From Chiloscyllium plagiosum (lineage: Eukaryota): a stretch of DNA of 64,000 nt. Under the pieces are notes generated by a model, which had not been told where the DNA came from, did no database searches, and saw only the letters and a list, made by a program, of their open reading frames with translations. The stretch spans positions 22,879,293 to 22,943,292 of the forward strand of contig NC_057716.1 in assembly GCF_004010195.1 (NCBI RefSeq), in the 5' to 3' direction. Of this stretch, positions 13,121 to 27,467 are shown in pieces (positions within the stretch are counted from its first letter, which is position 1; every line of letters starts with the position of its first letter). The position numbers were made by a program, and so were the translations under genes.

Positions 13121-14169
13121 GAAAGCTAATTAATTCTGGGATTTACACTGGATCTACATTCATCTGATTCTCAACCGTACAAAATCAATATATAAGTCAT
13201 TTCCCCTAATTGTTTTTACTCTCCGTCCATGAGCCTGTAGCTGTATCAAATTCCCTCTAGCAACTGTTATGTATGTCTCATTTGGTGATATATAAGACGA
13301 TAAAATAACTTGCATTATGTTTACAATTTTGTTAGCTGCCTTTCCTTTACTTGGCTTAAAGCGATCACTTTAATGTTTTATAATATCTATCAAACTTGTT
13401 ACTACAAAGGTTTGATAATTTTTTACATAAAAATAAATAAATGGGAGAGAAAGAGAAAGTAATGCACTGCTTAATGGAAGGAGCAGCAGAGATCTGAGCA
13501 TATACTCTCATTAGAGTGTCAGATCACGCCAAATGTAGAGGGTTCAAAACCATATTTCCATAATATTTCTTCCTGAATAATTTGTAGAGTTATTCTTAGG
13601 CTAAGGAAGTTCCTGCTGCTCTTTGTAACGTGGCAGTACAAAGAATTTAGTTCTCTTGATTAGTGGAGCTGACACAGTATTTTCTTGTTTGCGCAGGTTA
13701 TGTCTAAGTTCTGACAATCGACATTTTATTTCTGGAGTGACTTCAGAATGTTCCTCTGCAATCACTACAAATCTTGTTCTGTCATTGAGTCTTCAATATT
13801 TTCAGCAAAAACACGTGAAAGGAGTTATTTACAAGAAACATAGCCAATTTAGTTGTGCTTCAATAGTGATGCTCTGTCATATTTCAGTTCAAATCCAGAC
13901 TGGACTCTCTAAGGGTTCTAGAGAAACCAATGGTGACCAGTTTAAGCTGCATCTCAGTTAAAATGTTGCCAATCTGAAAATATTGACTCTCCTTCTGTCT
14001 CCAAATGATGACCCCACGTAGCAGTTTCTTTTTTTGATACCAATGCTGACATTGAGGTCCCAAGGGGAGAACTGTTTTGCTCCCAGCTTTATCCTTTACC
14101 TCTATGTGCAATAAACCAGCTTTGGATGACGAATTTCTCTCCTCTCTTTAAAGCAGTGAATCATCTTAG

Positions 14170-14630
14170 GGCTACAGCTCAGACGGTATCCCTGTATTTC
14201 ACCCAATTGGCCATTTTTCACACTTAATGCTGAATAGTGATTGCAAGATGCCTGCTCACCCATGGGGCATTGCACTGAGCCTCAATATTTTCTGTCTCAA
14301 CGTGTCCTCACTCACAATATTAATCATGCTATTCACCCCATCTCTGAACACATCTTTTACTTCTTTATTTGAGCCATCACCATTCCTTTTGGTGTTGCAC
14401 CACAAAACATTTTGGTGTAATCTTTCCTACCCTCTACCCAATCTCAGACCTTTCCATTTGTTTTACTTCCCACCTTCCATGCTTTCTCATGCTTAAAGCC
14501 TTTAATAATTTTTAACTTTTCTCCCCAGTTCCGATGAGATAGATCTGAAATATTAGCTCTCCTTCTCTCTCCATGTATTGACAAGTTAAGGTTTTCCAGC
14601 ATTTCCTGCTTTTGGACTGCATGGACCATT
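14170..14630 (+). mobile_element. Highly decayed PLE 3' end / pLTR
   Basis: Pyrimidine-rich UTR followed by CAGTTCCGATGA...CTGAAATATTAGCTCT...TTTTCCAGCATTTCCTG, similar to the element at 12455-13120. Confidence 0.5.
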
Positions 14631-16894
14631 CAAGAAGGCAGTTTACCACCACTGTCTCAAGAGGTAGGAAATACATGATGGCCTGGCCAACAATACTGAT
14701 TTTCAGCATCTTTGGTTTTTTTTCCTGTTATCACAGGAAAAACAGCCCATGTATCCTGGTGGTCGGCGAAGAGGCACAGTGAAACTTTAAACAATAATTT
14801 TTTTAAAAAATTTACTATGTATGGCTCTTATAGCACATTATTTTGCAGCCCTGCAGCAGCAAATTAAATCTAACTACATCTAAAAGAGTCTTTAGAAGTA
14901 GCAGCACATCGAGTAAGTAATGACAAAATCGACACGCCACTTCTTCAAGATGATGGATGTTGCCTGCAGTAACCTCTTCACCAGTGTAAGCATAAACAAG
15001 TTTGTTATGTCAGAATAAGCACCTTTGAATGAAGTTAATGTTCCCCTCTCTACAAGGCCAACAGAAATGGGTTCTCCAATAGCACCCACGATAATGGTGG
15101 AAAAAGATAAACTGATTCTTATCACCAAGGTGCAGGAACACTTCAAAAGTATCATCCTACAGATCTCCTTTATTAAGGCCATCCCACAAGCTTTATCAGA
15201 GGAAGTATATAGCTATGCCTTGCCCTGTGAAATCTGATGGCTATCTTGTCTACTTGTCCTGAGGGAGCATTCTTCTGAGGAGTTCCCCAATACATGGCAT
15301 TCTGCCTAGGGGTTGCGGGGTCAATCACGTGGCACAGTAGGATTAATACAGCTCTGCCTAGTCAAAAGCAAATTAGCATGAAATAAAAACTTGGGAAACA
15401 GGAATAACTAACCCCTGCATTGAAACAAAGCCTGAACTCCCCAGTGGCTAAAACTGGCAGAGAAATGATATTCTGTTGTGTGACACAGAACAATTACATG
15501 TCAAGTGATTTGTTTAACCTGGAGCTGAGCTTCAAACTCTATATCCATAGGATTAAGGTTAAATTGACACAAGAAAGAAAATAAAGAAAATAGCAATGAA
15601 ATAGTGTCACCAGAATGTTGGAAACATTTTAAACATCTTTGTTCCCCTGAACATAAAGGGGAAACCAAATTATAAGGAGGGATATTGTTTTGGAAGCAAG
15701 AATACTTGGAAGATTTGCAAAGGTAGGCGAGAAAACCGGAAGCAGGAATACATCTAAAAGTTTGACTTTTGACTTTGTATGATTCAGATTAATCCAAAGT
15801 TTCTCCTTCTTTTGGGAAGTTCAATGTCTAATTGTGCTGCAAGTGGACACACTGAGACCAAGTGGAAAGTATATTAATCAGTTTCTAGATCGGCCGTGAA
15901 TTTACAATTCCTGTTATTATACCCGTGAGGAAAAGGCAAAGGGACTGAACTATTAAGTCCACAATACTTAAATAATGCAGAAAACACTTTATATTAAAAA
16001 CTTGTATATATAACAAATGTAACCAATATTTGAAAATCTATCACTCAGCAATGCACTTTACCCACCAGCAATGATAAAACACTGCTCATAAATTTATATT
16101 AAAACTCTGCTCAATAGCAATTATTTACCAACAAAGATTTATTGATTGCACTTGCCACCAGAGATTTGTGCTAACTGAGCCAATCACTCAGTGAGGCTGA
16201 AGCATTAGGGTGCCACAGGGCAGTAACTCACACTATCAGGTTAAATCCTCCTGATCATTACTGCAACAGTGCAAACAACTAATGATGAGTCATGTGAAAC
16301 TCTCCCCTGGGATTGTCATTTGCACATGTGGTGTTGTTCAGGTGACTCCGGAGGAGAAGTAGTCCTGTTTCGATGGGAAGAAGTTGCACCGACCAATTAA
16401 ATCCCCAGCACTGCCCCTTCAGCACTCCAAGCTAGTCAACAGTGGGGTTCCCTATAAGATTTAATGATAAAGTTGCATATTTACTTAGGAGGAAACCACA
16501 AATGCAGAGACTCCATTATGGGATTTAAATGAAAGCCTTGCTGGCTTGATTTATCCTCTGTAATCTGGTTCTGTCTTTGAAGCAGGTTTATGTAATGCTG
16601 TTACACATAGGTTATACTTTTCCACTTTTACTATCTTCTGATATTTTTGTGTTCAATTATGTGTCGCACATTACTTCTTGGAAACTGCAGGACATTAGGC
16701 TCCAATGCCTGCTTCCCTCAACCTACCGAGTAATTTGCAACTGGAAAGAGTCCGCTTTATGCCATTGTGAAAAGATCACGTCTCCCAGATGACCTGGTGC
16801 TTCATCTTGTAACAGATCTATTGGGTTGCAGGCTTTGTTCAACTGGCTGCAAGGGAATCCCATGGCACTTAATGCAAAGCAGTCGTGGTACTGA

Positions 16895-17160
16895 GATGCA
16901 GCACTCAGCTGTGCAGGAGGCACCATCTCTCCTATCAAGTGGGCCTAAAAGTAATTTCACAGAAGAGTAAGGAAGTTCTGTCTGCTGTCCTGGTCAACAT
17001 TTATGCCTCAAACCAACACTGCTAATCAGCTCTGCTTTTATTGGGAGCTGGCTGTGCACAAATTGGAGGCTGCGTTTTCTACATTGCAACAATGAATACA
17101 CTTCAAAAATACTTTGGTGGCCATAAAATGCTTTGGGACTTCCAGAGGTTGCAACGAGTA
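16895..17160 (+). mobile_element. Deu-domain SINE
   Basis: GTCCTGGTCAACATTTAT...GGGAGCTGGCTGTGCACAAATTGG...ACACTTCAAAA...GCTTTGGGAC. Confidence 0.65.
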
Positions 17161-18849
17161 CCGCAGCAATACGGTACTTATTGGAACTGTGTTTCTTCAT
17201 TGCTCAAACCATGAGTGCTTTATTCATTTAGAAAGCAACTTAGGATTCTTTTTGCTGTGGACAGACTTGGGCTTGTGATGAGGCAAATGTGCCATCAAGT
17301 GAGAGGAAAAATCTTGCTTCAAGATTTTTCGAGATTAGGTTATTTCTTCGTGTGTGCACACTTAATAAGGCAGAAGGGTGGCGACCCAGCTGCCTGTGTA
17401 CCTCCACGCTTGTAAGGCCTGTGGTAAGAAAGCCCATGGGTAGCCTTTCTGCCCTGTAGCCAATTGAGGCCCTCAGGTGAGCAGTTGATACCCACTTAAA
17501 GGCCTTATTCTGCTGATCTCAGTCCAACAGTAAATGGGCTCCCAATCAGAGGGCAGATTTGCTTGCAGGATGCCAGTGGGATCCATTTCCTAGGGTTCTC
17601 AGTGTTTGATCAAAGGACTTGGTCATCAGGAATGAAGAATGGTCCTGCTGAGAGCTAACCCCATGTGCTTGGTGCTGACTCCCACCCAACACAATTCATC
17701 TGTGGCCTTGGATCCTCAAGTGGTCTCATTCAAGGAAAGGTTTGCATATATATGTCTTAGTTGCCCTGAGATCTTCTCTAGAAGAGGTGATGCAGTTGTT
17801 CACTAGTTTGCCAACCAGGTGGTAGGATATCTATTGGTTCTGTTATGTAACACCATGTGTGTGCAGTATTAGGTATCAAAAGCACAGGGAAGTAGCCATG
17901 AATCTAATTACCTCAAGGTGTCCATATCCAGAGGAGAAACAGTTTGATTAATTCTACAGAGCATAAAATGCTGCCTCACTGCTCAGATTGATATTCAAAG
18001 ATTATCCTACGACTTGTAACAGTTTAGGACACACCTACACTCCAGATTGCATTTCAGATCTATTATGAAGAAGAATATTTTACATTTAAAAGTGGTGTAA
18101 TTAAAGTATTTTCTATATAATTATTTAAAAAATAGACAACACATACTTCAGCTAAACATAAAAATTATCTAAAATTCAGTAGAATGTAGGTCTATTTTAT
18201 TTTCCCAACCTTGTTCTCTTTCTATTATTTCCATAACTAAGTACGGTGAAACATATTTTTGCTCCCTTCCATTTAAAAGATCCTTTTCATGTTACAGCCC
18301 CCAACTATAGTCCTGCTATACCATAATTCATCCTCTTGACACTTTACTGTCCCCAATACAAGATATCCTCCAAATTTAGTGCCAGAATGAAGACACACAG
18401 ACACCATAATCTATGCCCTGTTAGATGGTCAATGCTTAATAAAAAAAATTTTATTCTGGCATTTGGTGAAGCCAAATTGTAAACACATTATATAAACATT
18501 TTTAAGATACCATTACAACCGGGAACTGGAACTTTTATCTGTAAAAGTTATTATGGAGAGAGGTAGCAGGGCAATCTCATCATGTTTTTGTGCAATGTGT
18601 TTGAAGTACCAAGTGATGGTGCAGAGGTGTTGCAGCTTTATTCTTTATACTGTGGGCACCTGCTGTGTCAGGTACATTAGCATCCATAAAGCTTGCCCCC
18701 TCTCAAAGACTGGAGAACTGAGGTGACCTTCTCATCATTATCCCATTCATTTCCTCCCACAGTGCTATGCCCATCACACAATCTACTCATCAAAGTGGTT
18801 AAAGCCGGAGCTGGATCCAAGTCCTAATGGGGGAAGCAATCTTGTTGAA

Positions 18850-19540
18850 ATAAAAACCAATGTGTTAAACACTTTATTCTCCATTGTTAAAAGGAAACAG
18901 CCAGTGAGTGTCTGTCCTGCTGCTCGTCATGATTGACACACTTCGGCCCTTACGACAACGGGTTGTACGCTTTATTACATTCGAGCACGTCTCCCCCGCC
19001 TTGTCTCCACACAACTGGAACTGTCATACTGAGAGATCGTGAAGAATACAAATGTAATGTACCCACAGTTCAGCTAATGGGATTTGACACAGGCTTTAAG
19101 TTTAATGAAGAAAGTTGCCAATAGCAACAAAACTGTCACTGCTTGCGAAGTGCAATTAATAAAGGCTCCGACAACATTACTCCAGACTGCAGCTAGCAAA
19201 AGGCACCCTTAGTTCAAGCTGTGGTAAATTAGCTGGCCAATTTTTCTTAAGTATCTGCACCATTTACAGAGCTATTTATTAATTTTTTGTCTGCCACTGG
19301 CACTTGAAAGGATGTAATTTGCACCTGATGTCCATTCAAGATGGGGCTCATTTCAAATGGATCGTGGTATGTGTGTCAGGTAATGAACAGGTTGTCACTG
19401 GGTGCTCAATTTATAACCATTCAGGGAAAGAAAAAGTACAGAAGATTCAACTGGCTAAAACATAGCCTTGTCACAGCTCCTCAATGACCCTCGAGGATTA
19501 CAGTGAACAATTAAACAATTAATCAAGAAATACATGGTAT
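18850..19540. promoter_or_regulatory. Putative conserved non-coding element / enhancer
   Basis: Repeat-free block with retained CpGs and homeobox-type words (AATTAATAAA, TTTATTAAT, TAAATTAG). Inference only. Confidence 0.35.
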
Positions 19541-20749
19541 TCAAATTGTGCCATTCTTTGGGGCTGGGGTGGGGAAACAATGAGTTAATAAGTGCTTCTC
19601 CACTCCCTCAACACTCCTGGGTTAGTGTTAAAGGCTCTGCATAGTTATCAGAAAGGTCTGAGGATAGTCTAGATAAAATTCAGTGCAAATAGTCACTTAG
19701 TAGTTCAGAATCAGGATTATTATCAAAAGAGGGAGATGTTGTTACATTTTTCATCTTGCACTCATCAGGACAGATGCAAGAAAGCCAAATTGCAAAAGGA
19801 ACAACAATTTATACTGCATGAGGAAAATAAGGTGTTTAAAATTTGGCAAGTGGACTTCCATTGGTCAAGTCTTCATCATGAAGGATGCACCAGGGAACAG
19901 TTATTCCATAAGCTTTTGTTTAAATTCAGAAAAGTAAAGATAACCCTGAATGGTTGAGGCATTGTTAGCGAATGCAGTATAAAATTATGGGATTTTACCT
20001 GCATTGTTTCATGACTGGTTAACACTGGATATTGAAATGGACAAACAGAAACAAGTGAAAATTATAGGAAAGGAAAACAGAACCTCTGTATGGTAATCCA
20101 AAATCCACCTACAGACTGGAGTTAATAGAGAATGAATAAAGGAGAATAAATCACAAACAGGAATTCATGAATCAACAGAGTGTTGAGCATTGGCTCTCAG
20201 TCTAACTCTGACTCAAGTTTTAAATTATCATTCTTATTTTTAAAACCTTTTGCCTATTATTGTAACCTTATCCAGCCTTACAACCCACTCCAGTATTTCC
20301 ACACCTCTAATTCTGGCTTTTCTTAACACCCCTGATTTTTTAAACTCTGCCATTGGTGACCATTACTTCAGATGCCATGGCTTCTAGGCTTTTGATTTCT
20401 CTCTCTCAACCTCTAACTCTCCGAACCTTGGAAATTCTCCTCACAAACTACATCTAACCAACACTGGTTCACTTGTCCAATTTTGACTCATTTGGTTCAG
20501 TGCCAAACTTTGTTTGAAAATACTTTACTATTTTATTAACACAAGATTTTGTGGCTGTGAATAAAGTGACTATCTCCAATAAAAATTAAAGAATGATTTT
20601 CATTTTTAAAAAATTTAACCTATTTTTCTAATCAATCTGTTTAGAAACATTATTGCACACCACTAGAGCAGGTGGGACTTGAACTCAGGCCTCCCGGTCC
20701 AGGGGTAGGGTAGAAGATGATCACTGCACACAAGAGGGTGCATAAATAA

Positions 20750-21150
20750 TTTATTTTTCACATACACCAGATGCTTAAAAGTGACTTACAGTCAATGACC
20801 TCCATTTGTAATCACTGTTTGAATTTTCAAGCAGTTTGTGTTAAACAAACTTCCATAACCAAGAACAATATAATGATGAGATCATGTGTTTATGATGTTG
20901 TTTAAGATTAAAAAATGGCCAGGACTCCAGGGATAACACTCTTGCAACTCTTTGAAACAATGCCATGTAACTTATTATTCACCTAAGTAGATGGGACCTC
21001 TTTTCACACCTTGATCAAAAGACAGAACCTCTGACAGTTTAATATTCTGTCAATATAGCCTTGATTTTTGTGTTCAAGTGCTGGACTGGGATTTGAATCC
21101 AGAACTTTGTCATTCAAAAGCAAGAGTGCTACCAATGAGCCTTAACTTTC
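20750..21150 (-). mobile_element. Deu-domain SINE
   Basis: Reverse complement of the tRNA-like head (GGTAGCACTCTTGC...GGATTCAAATCCCA), the Deu domain and the tail. Confidence 0.6.
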
Positions 21151-21284
21151 AGTACTTTTACAATTAACTTTGCAGTTATGGTGTATGCCATTTGGTTAAA
21201 AAGAAATTAAAGGAAAATTCTAATTATATCAGCTGCTGATCATAATGTTCCAATATTCCTTGGCTAAAAGTTTGGCGGCGGAGT

Positions 21285-22290
21285 ACGAGAGGACAGTTAA
21301 TGTTGTGTTGTTGTTTAAAAAGGGTGGAAACTACAGCTTGATCATGACAGGCCAGTCAGCATATGACTGACTACCGTGAAAGAGTTTCTTGTGAGGTAAG
21401 GAAGAAGTTTCAGGATGGTAGTGTGTTTGTTCTAGTCTGCCTGGATTTTACAGTAGGTTTTTTCACAAGGTCCTGCAGAGCAGACTGGTCACAAAATTGT
21501 AAGCTTATCCAAAGATAAGTAGCAGGTTACACCCAAAATTGACTCAGTGGCAGGACACAAAGGATAATTATTGATAGAAACACAGTTTCTCATAGGATTT
21601 TGCAGAGCTCAGTACTGGGTCACTTGATCTTTGTGACAGTATATCATGGATATACACTTAAATGCAGAAGTATGATTCAGAAATTTCACATCGTATGAAC
21701 ATTGGAGAATGGTATATCGCAAGGAAGGCTGCAGGGATTAATTCATTGCTCAGGAAGACAGAAATGTGGCAAATGGAATTTATTCTGGAGGAATATGAAG
21801 CCACACATTTGGGAGGATAACAAGGCAAGTCCATACACAATAAATGGTAGGCTTCTCTGAAAGGTGAAAGGATGGAGGGATCTTTAAATTAGGCTCTTAA
21901 AGATAGTAGGTATATGAGTAGACATGATGATAGTGGGGATACTTTCCTTTATTGGCCAAGGTCCCGAGTTTAAGGGCAGGCTGGTTGTGCTATAACTGTG
22001 GAAACATTAATTAAGAGTGCAGGCACTACTGTGTATAGCTTTGGTTACTGCATTACAGGAAAGATGTTATCACATGAGAAAGAGTATGAAGATACCGTCA
22101 AGAATGTTAAGTTTTGGCTGAGAAAAAAAGATTAGATGGCCTCGGGTGGTATTCTTTGGAACAGAGGAGGCTGGAGACAGACTTAATTGAGGGACATAAA
22201 AATTATGAAGGATCTAGATGGAGCACATAGGAATGATCTATTGCCGTTAGCAGTCAAGTCAATAATCGGGGCTACAGAATTAAAGCAATT
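21285..22290 (+). mobile_element. Old CR1 LINE RT/3' region
   Basis: Decayed CR1 motifs (...CAAGGTCC, CAGTACTGGG, GGCAAATGGAATTTA..., CAGAGGAGGCTG..GACTTAATTGAG). Confidence 0.6.
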
Positions 22291-23239
22291 ATTGGATAAT
22301 GGGTCAAATGGCTTCATCCAATATTTGTATGAAATGTTGGCACGTGACAAAAGCTTTGCCAAACAGCCAGGTTTTAAAGAGGTCTTATAGGAAAAGGCAC
22401 AGGCAGGGAGGTGGAGAGGATTAACAAGGGATTTCTAGAGTTTGAGGTGGGTGGGGCAGGCAGGGGTTGGGGGTGGTGTGGGAATTGCAGTGATGTTGTC
22501 TGGATGGCTGAAGATAAGGCGACCAATGATGGGGTGAAGGAATTCTGGCACTGCCCTTGTGGAAGGGGAACTAAATTAGTACAGCTGTAAAAGTGGTTCC
22601 AGAAACACTCCTTTCCATTTTACAAAGTATTTTCTTCATGATTCCTGAGCATTTTGTCTTATTGAGCAAATACTTGTTAAAAAATAGTTTCCTGAAAGTG
22701 ACTCCGTGGTTGTAATTTACTCCAGAGATTCAGATGGTTTGTACATGAAATAAATATGCTGGAATAATTACAGGGATGAATGTAATCCCATTAAACAGTT
22801 CAGATCATCTCATGTTATAGCAGCAAAGCTCAGATCATTCACACCATTCCTGGAGAGGAGTCTATAACTGTGAAACCATGACCACCTAGTGGATATGCTG
22901 CTGAATTGTGTGGCAAATGAGAATATTGCTCTTTTACACTTCAATGTCATTTTAGTCTTCTTTGATGGCATGAATCACACAACTGTTACAATGGAAAAGG
23001 CTTTATTTCAGCCATCATGTCTGTACTGGCTCTTTGAGCATTTCTGATTTATTGCCAATCTCCTGTATTTTCCCTCTGTATTATTCCCTGCAAATTGTTG
23101 AATAGAAACATCATCTAATGCCCTCTCAAAGACCTCAATTGAACCTGCTTTCACTACACTTGCAGGAAGTATAATCCAGACCATGACCACTCACTAACCG
23201 AAAAGGTTATTTTGCATATCACATTTGCTTCTTTTAGAA

Positions 23240-24780
23240 AAGCCCTTAATAACATGCCCTATCAATCTTATCAGCAGGGATAGTTTCTCCTTATCCACAT
23301 CGAGCAGTAATTGTTCAGGTTGGACTTGCCTTGCTTTTAGTGTGCAGGGTGTACCTGGAGGTAATTTATCACATTGTTGGGTAGATGCCAGTTTTACAGT
23401 TGTACCAGAAGAGCTTGGCTAGGGGAGCAATACGTTTGGAGCATGCCTCCTCAGGACTATTGCTGGAATGTTGTTAGGACCCACATTCAGAGCCTCCAGT
23501 CATTTCTTGATATCATGTGCAATGAACTGAATGAACCAAAAACTAAAATCTTTCAGGCTGGGTACCTGAGAAAAGGCGAGATACATTATCCACTTGGCAT
23601 TCCTAGCTGAAGACTGCTGCAAACGCTTCAGCCTCATTCTTTGCACTAATATGTTGGGCTCCCGCATTACTGAAGATGAGAATATTTGTGGAGCTTTCTC
23701 CTCTTCAGAGTTACTTAATTTTCTACCACTATTCACTGGATGTGGCAGGTCTACGGAGCTTAAATTTGATCTGTTGGTTGTCGAATGTTAAGTCTATCGT
23801 TTGTTGTTTATTTTCTTTGGCACACAAGTAGTCCTATTTTGTAGTTTCACCGGGTTGACACCTCAATTTTATATACACCCGGTCTACTCTTGACATGCCA
23901 TCTTGCACCCTTAACTGAACAGAAGCCTCATCCCCTGGTTTGATGGCAAAGGTACAGCTGGGAGTTATGTAGGACCATGAGATTGCAGATAGCATTGGGA
24001 ATATAATTCAGCTGCTGTTGATGGCTAAAGAGCCACATGCAAGCCAAACTTAAGTTGTTAGATTTGTTCAAAGTCAATACCATTTAGTGCAGTGGTAGTA
24101 CCACACAACATGACGGAGGACATTCTCACCTTGAAGGTGGGACTTTGTCATCACAAGCATGGTGCCGTGGTCACTGTGATTGATACTGGCACGGAGAAAT
24201 GAATCTGTGGCAGTCAGATCGGTAAGGATGAGGTCGAACATGTTTTTCTGCCTTTGTTGGCTCTGTCACCACCTGCAACAGAACCAGACTTGCAGCTTTG
24301 TCCTTTCAGACTTAAACAGCTCAGTCAGCAGTGGTACTGTCAAGTTACTTTTAGTAATGGACATTGGAGATCCCCAACAAAATTACAGTTATCAGCCAAG
24401 GTTGTGCAGTTTGTGGTAATCAGCAGGATATTTGTGTGCCAATGTTTGACCTAATGCTATGGGACATCATGGATCTGGAGTCAATGTTGAGACTTGTCAA
24501 CGCAACTCCCTCCCAATTAGATATACCATTGTGCCGCCACCTCTGTTGGGTCTGTCTTGCTGGCCAGACAGGACATATCCAGGGATGGTGATGTTCGGGA
24601 CACTGACTGTAAGGTATGATTTCGAGAGTATGACTATATCAGGCTGACGCTTGACCTGTCTGTGAAACAGCTCTCCCAATTTTGGCACATGCCACAGTGT
24701 GGAGAATTTTCCTGGGTCGACATGGCTGTGCTTGCCATTGCGATATCTAGCGGGTTAGTCAATACCAGGTGGTCTATCCA
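23240..24780 (-). mobile_element. LINE of a second family, APE endonuclease and start of RT, decayed
   Basis: Minus peptide PKLGEL...QPDIVILSKSYL...ITIPGYVL...DRPNRGGGTMVY is an APE N-terminus; there are many stops and frameshifts. Confidence 0.7.
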
Positions 24781-25583
24781 GTTTGATTCCTTTTTGAGAT
24801 TTTCCCGTGATTAATCGAACTGTTTCAGAGCAGTTAAGAGTCAAACACATTGCTGTGGGTCTGCAGTCAAATGTAGGCTAGATCAGTAAATGACAGTAGT
24901 TTTCTTCCCTAAAGGATTTTTGCAACAATTTGCAATGTTATGATCATTAGACTTGATTTAAATTCAGTATTAAATTCCACCATCGGACATGGTGGGATCC
25001 AAATCTCTGTGCCCAGAACATTACCTGGCTACTCCAATGATAATACCACTAAGCCATTGCCTCCCCATGTTTTAGTAATCGACCTCTTTTACCAGCTTTG
25101 AGAGACCTATACACACATACATATCCTGCCCACCCTTTAGAAGATTACATTTTAATTGTATACGATGCTTTTTTTAAAAACTAAGTTTATCATCTCATAC
25201 TTCTACATATTGAACTTCATTTGTCCATTCCACCAAATTGTCAATGTTCTTTTGAAATTCAACAGTGTCCTCTTCACGAGTTACAGTTCTCCCAAATGTT
25301 GTGTCATACACAAACTTTGAAATGGTCCTCAGCACACCAAAATCTAGGTAGTTATATATATCAGGAAAAGCAAGGATCCCAATTCTTAGCCCCCAAGGAA
25401 TTCTATGACATACCTTTCTACAGCTCAAAAAAACACCCATTAGCCACTACTGTGTTTCTTGTCCCTCAACCAACTTTGTATCCATGTTGCTTCAGTACCT
25501 TTTATTCCACAATTTTTTTCAAGTTCATCATGTGACACTGTACAGGCTGTTCTGCTCTAACAGTTGTGTTCCTCTGCAGTCCT

Positions 25584-25915
25584 GCACGGTAGTTCAGTGG
25601 TTAGCATTGCTGCCTCACAGTGCCAGGGATCCAGATTCGATTCCAGCCTCGGGTGACTGTCTGTGTGGAGTTTGCATATTCTCCCCGTGTCTGCATAGGT
25701 TTCCTCCGGGTGCTCTGGTTTCCTCCCACAGTCCAAAGATGTGCAGGTTAGGTGAATTGGCCATGGTAAATTAACCATAGTGTTCAGGGGTGTGTAGTTT
25801 AGGTGCATTAGACAGGGGGAAATGTAGAGTAATAAGGTCTGGGTGGGTTACTCTTCAGAGGGTCAGTGTGTGCTGGGCTGAAGGGCCTGTTTCCATACTG
25901 TGGGAATCCTAATTC
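25584..25915 (+). mobile_element. tRNA-derived V-SINE (HE1-like)
   Basis: A/B-box head, V-domain TGTGTGGAGTTTGCA..TTCTCCCCGTGTCTGC...GGTTTCCTCCCACAGTCCAAAGA and a CR1-like tail GAAGGGCCTGTTTCC. Confidence 0.85.
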
Positions 25916-27467
25916 TGTAGGAATTCTAATTCTAATATCCTGCCATGGAAAACCGCTATAGAAATCCATGCTGTAGAAGATCACTAATAGAAAAATCGCT
26001 ATACACATTCAGGAGAAAGTTTGCGTTATCAAAACAACTTCCACAATTCATTATAGCCAATTCGTGCTGACGAAACATGTGTTACAGCAGAATGACCTGC
26101 GTCAATACCATTGAAGTCCATATATATCACATCGACAGCCTTACACTCATGACCCTTTTTTGTTATCTCTTCAAAAAACTTCTTCAAGTTAGATAGACAA
26201 TGTGCCCTGAACAAAATCCAAGTTGACTTGTCCTATTTAATCCACATTTATCCATGTGTCTATTTATTTGACCTGATTAATTGTTTTGAGAGATTTTCCA
26301 CACCAAAATCTAACTGACTGGTCTGTAATTGCTGGACATATCTTTACAATTTTTTTGCACAACGGTGTCACATTTGCAATCCTCCAATCCTCTGACAATA
26401 GCCCCAAATTCAGGGAAGATTAAACGATAATGGCTAGTGCCTCTACAATTTCCAGTCTCATTTCCGACAATATTCTTGGTTGAGTCTTATCAGGTTTTGG
26501 TATCTTATCAACTTTAAATATTGACTATTTGCTTGCTCCTTTTCAATTTTAAGCCTTTTTAGTGACTGAGTTTCCACCTCTGTCACCCTGGGCAATACCT
26601 ACCTTAGAGGTAAGGACAGATGCAAAGCATTCATTTAACACTGCCTCCTGCCTCCATATGTAAATAATGTTTTGGTCACTAACCAACCCTCTTCCTCCTC
26701 TTATGACTGATATGCTTATAAAAGACTTTGGCATTTCAATTTAAGTTACCTGCCTGTCTTTTTTGTATAATTCCTCTTTGCTTTTTCACCTCCCTTCAGT
26801 ATTCTGCGTGGTTCTCAATAGTATTGTGATACCTGCTATAAGCAATTATTTTTCTTCCAAACATTAATTTATATCTTCTTTAATATCCAGGGAGATCTGT
26901 ATTTATTTGACCTATCTTTTTTTGAGGAAAAGAGACCTCAACCATTCCTGAAATATCTCCCTGTTTGAAGGAAGCCCATTGTTTTGCTACTGTTTCTCCC
27001 AACAACCTTTGTTTCTGGTCCATTCAGCTCAGCTCCGTTTTTGTCCAATTGAAGTCAGTTTTCCACTAGTTGATTATTCTTTCTTTGGATTGATCAATGA
27101 TCTTTCCACAATCATCCTAAAGCTTATGATACAAGGGTCACTGTCCCCTAAATGTTCTTTCACTGTCACTTGAATGACATTGCCCACCTCGTCCCCAAGA
27201 ACTGGTTCCATCCAGCACTGCCTCTTTCGAGGTGGACTGGATACATTCTGAAGTAGAAAACCTTCCCAAACACCACCTAGGAATGCCTGCTCCTCATTGC
27301 CCCTTACACTACCACAATCCCAGTCTACATACAGGAATTAAAGTCTCCTATTATAACTGATGTTTACATCTCTGCAATTTCCTTGCAGATTTGTTCCGTC
27401 ATGTTCTTTACACTGGTTGATGATCTATATACCGTACTGAATAATGTCGCTGCAACCAACTCAATTA

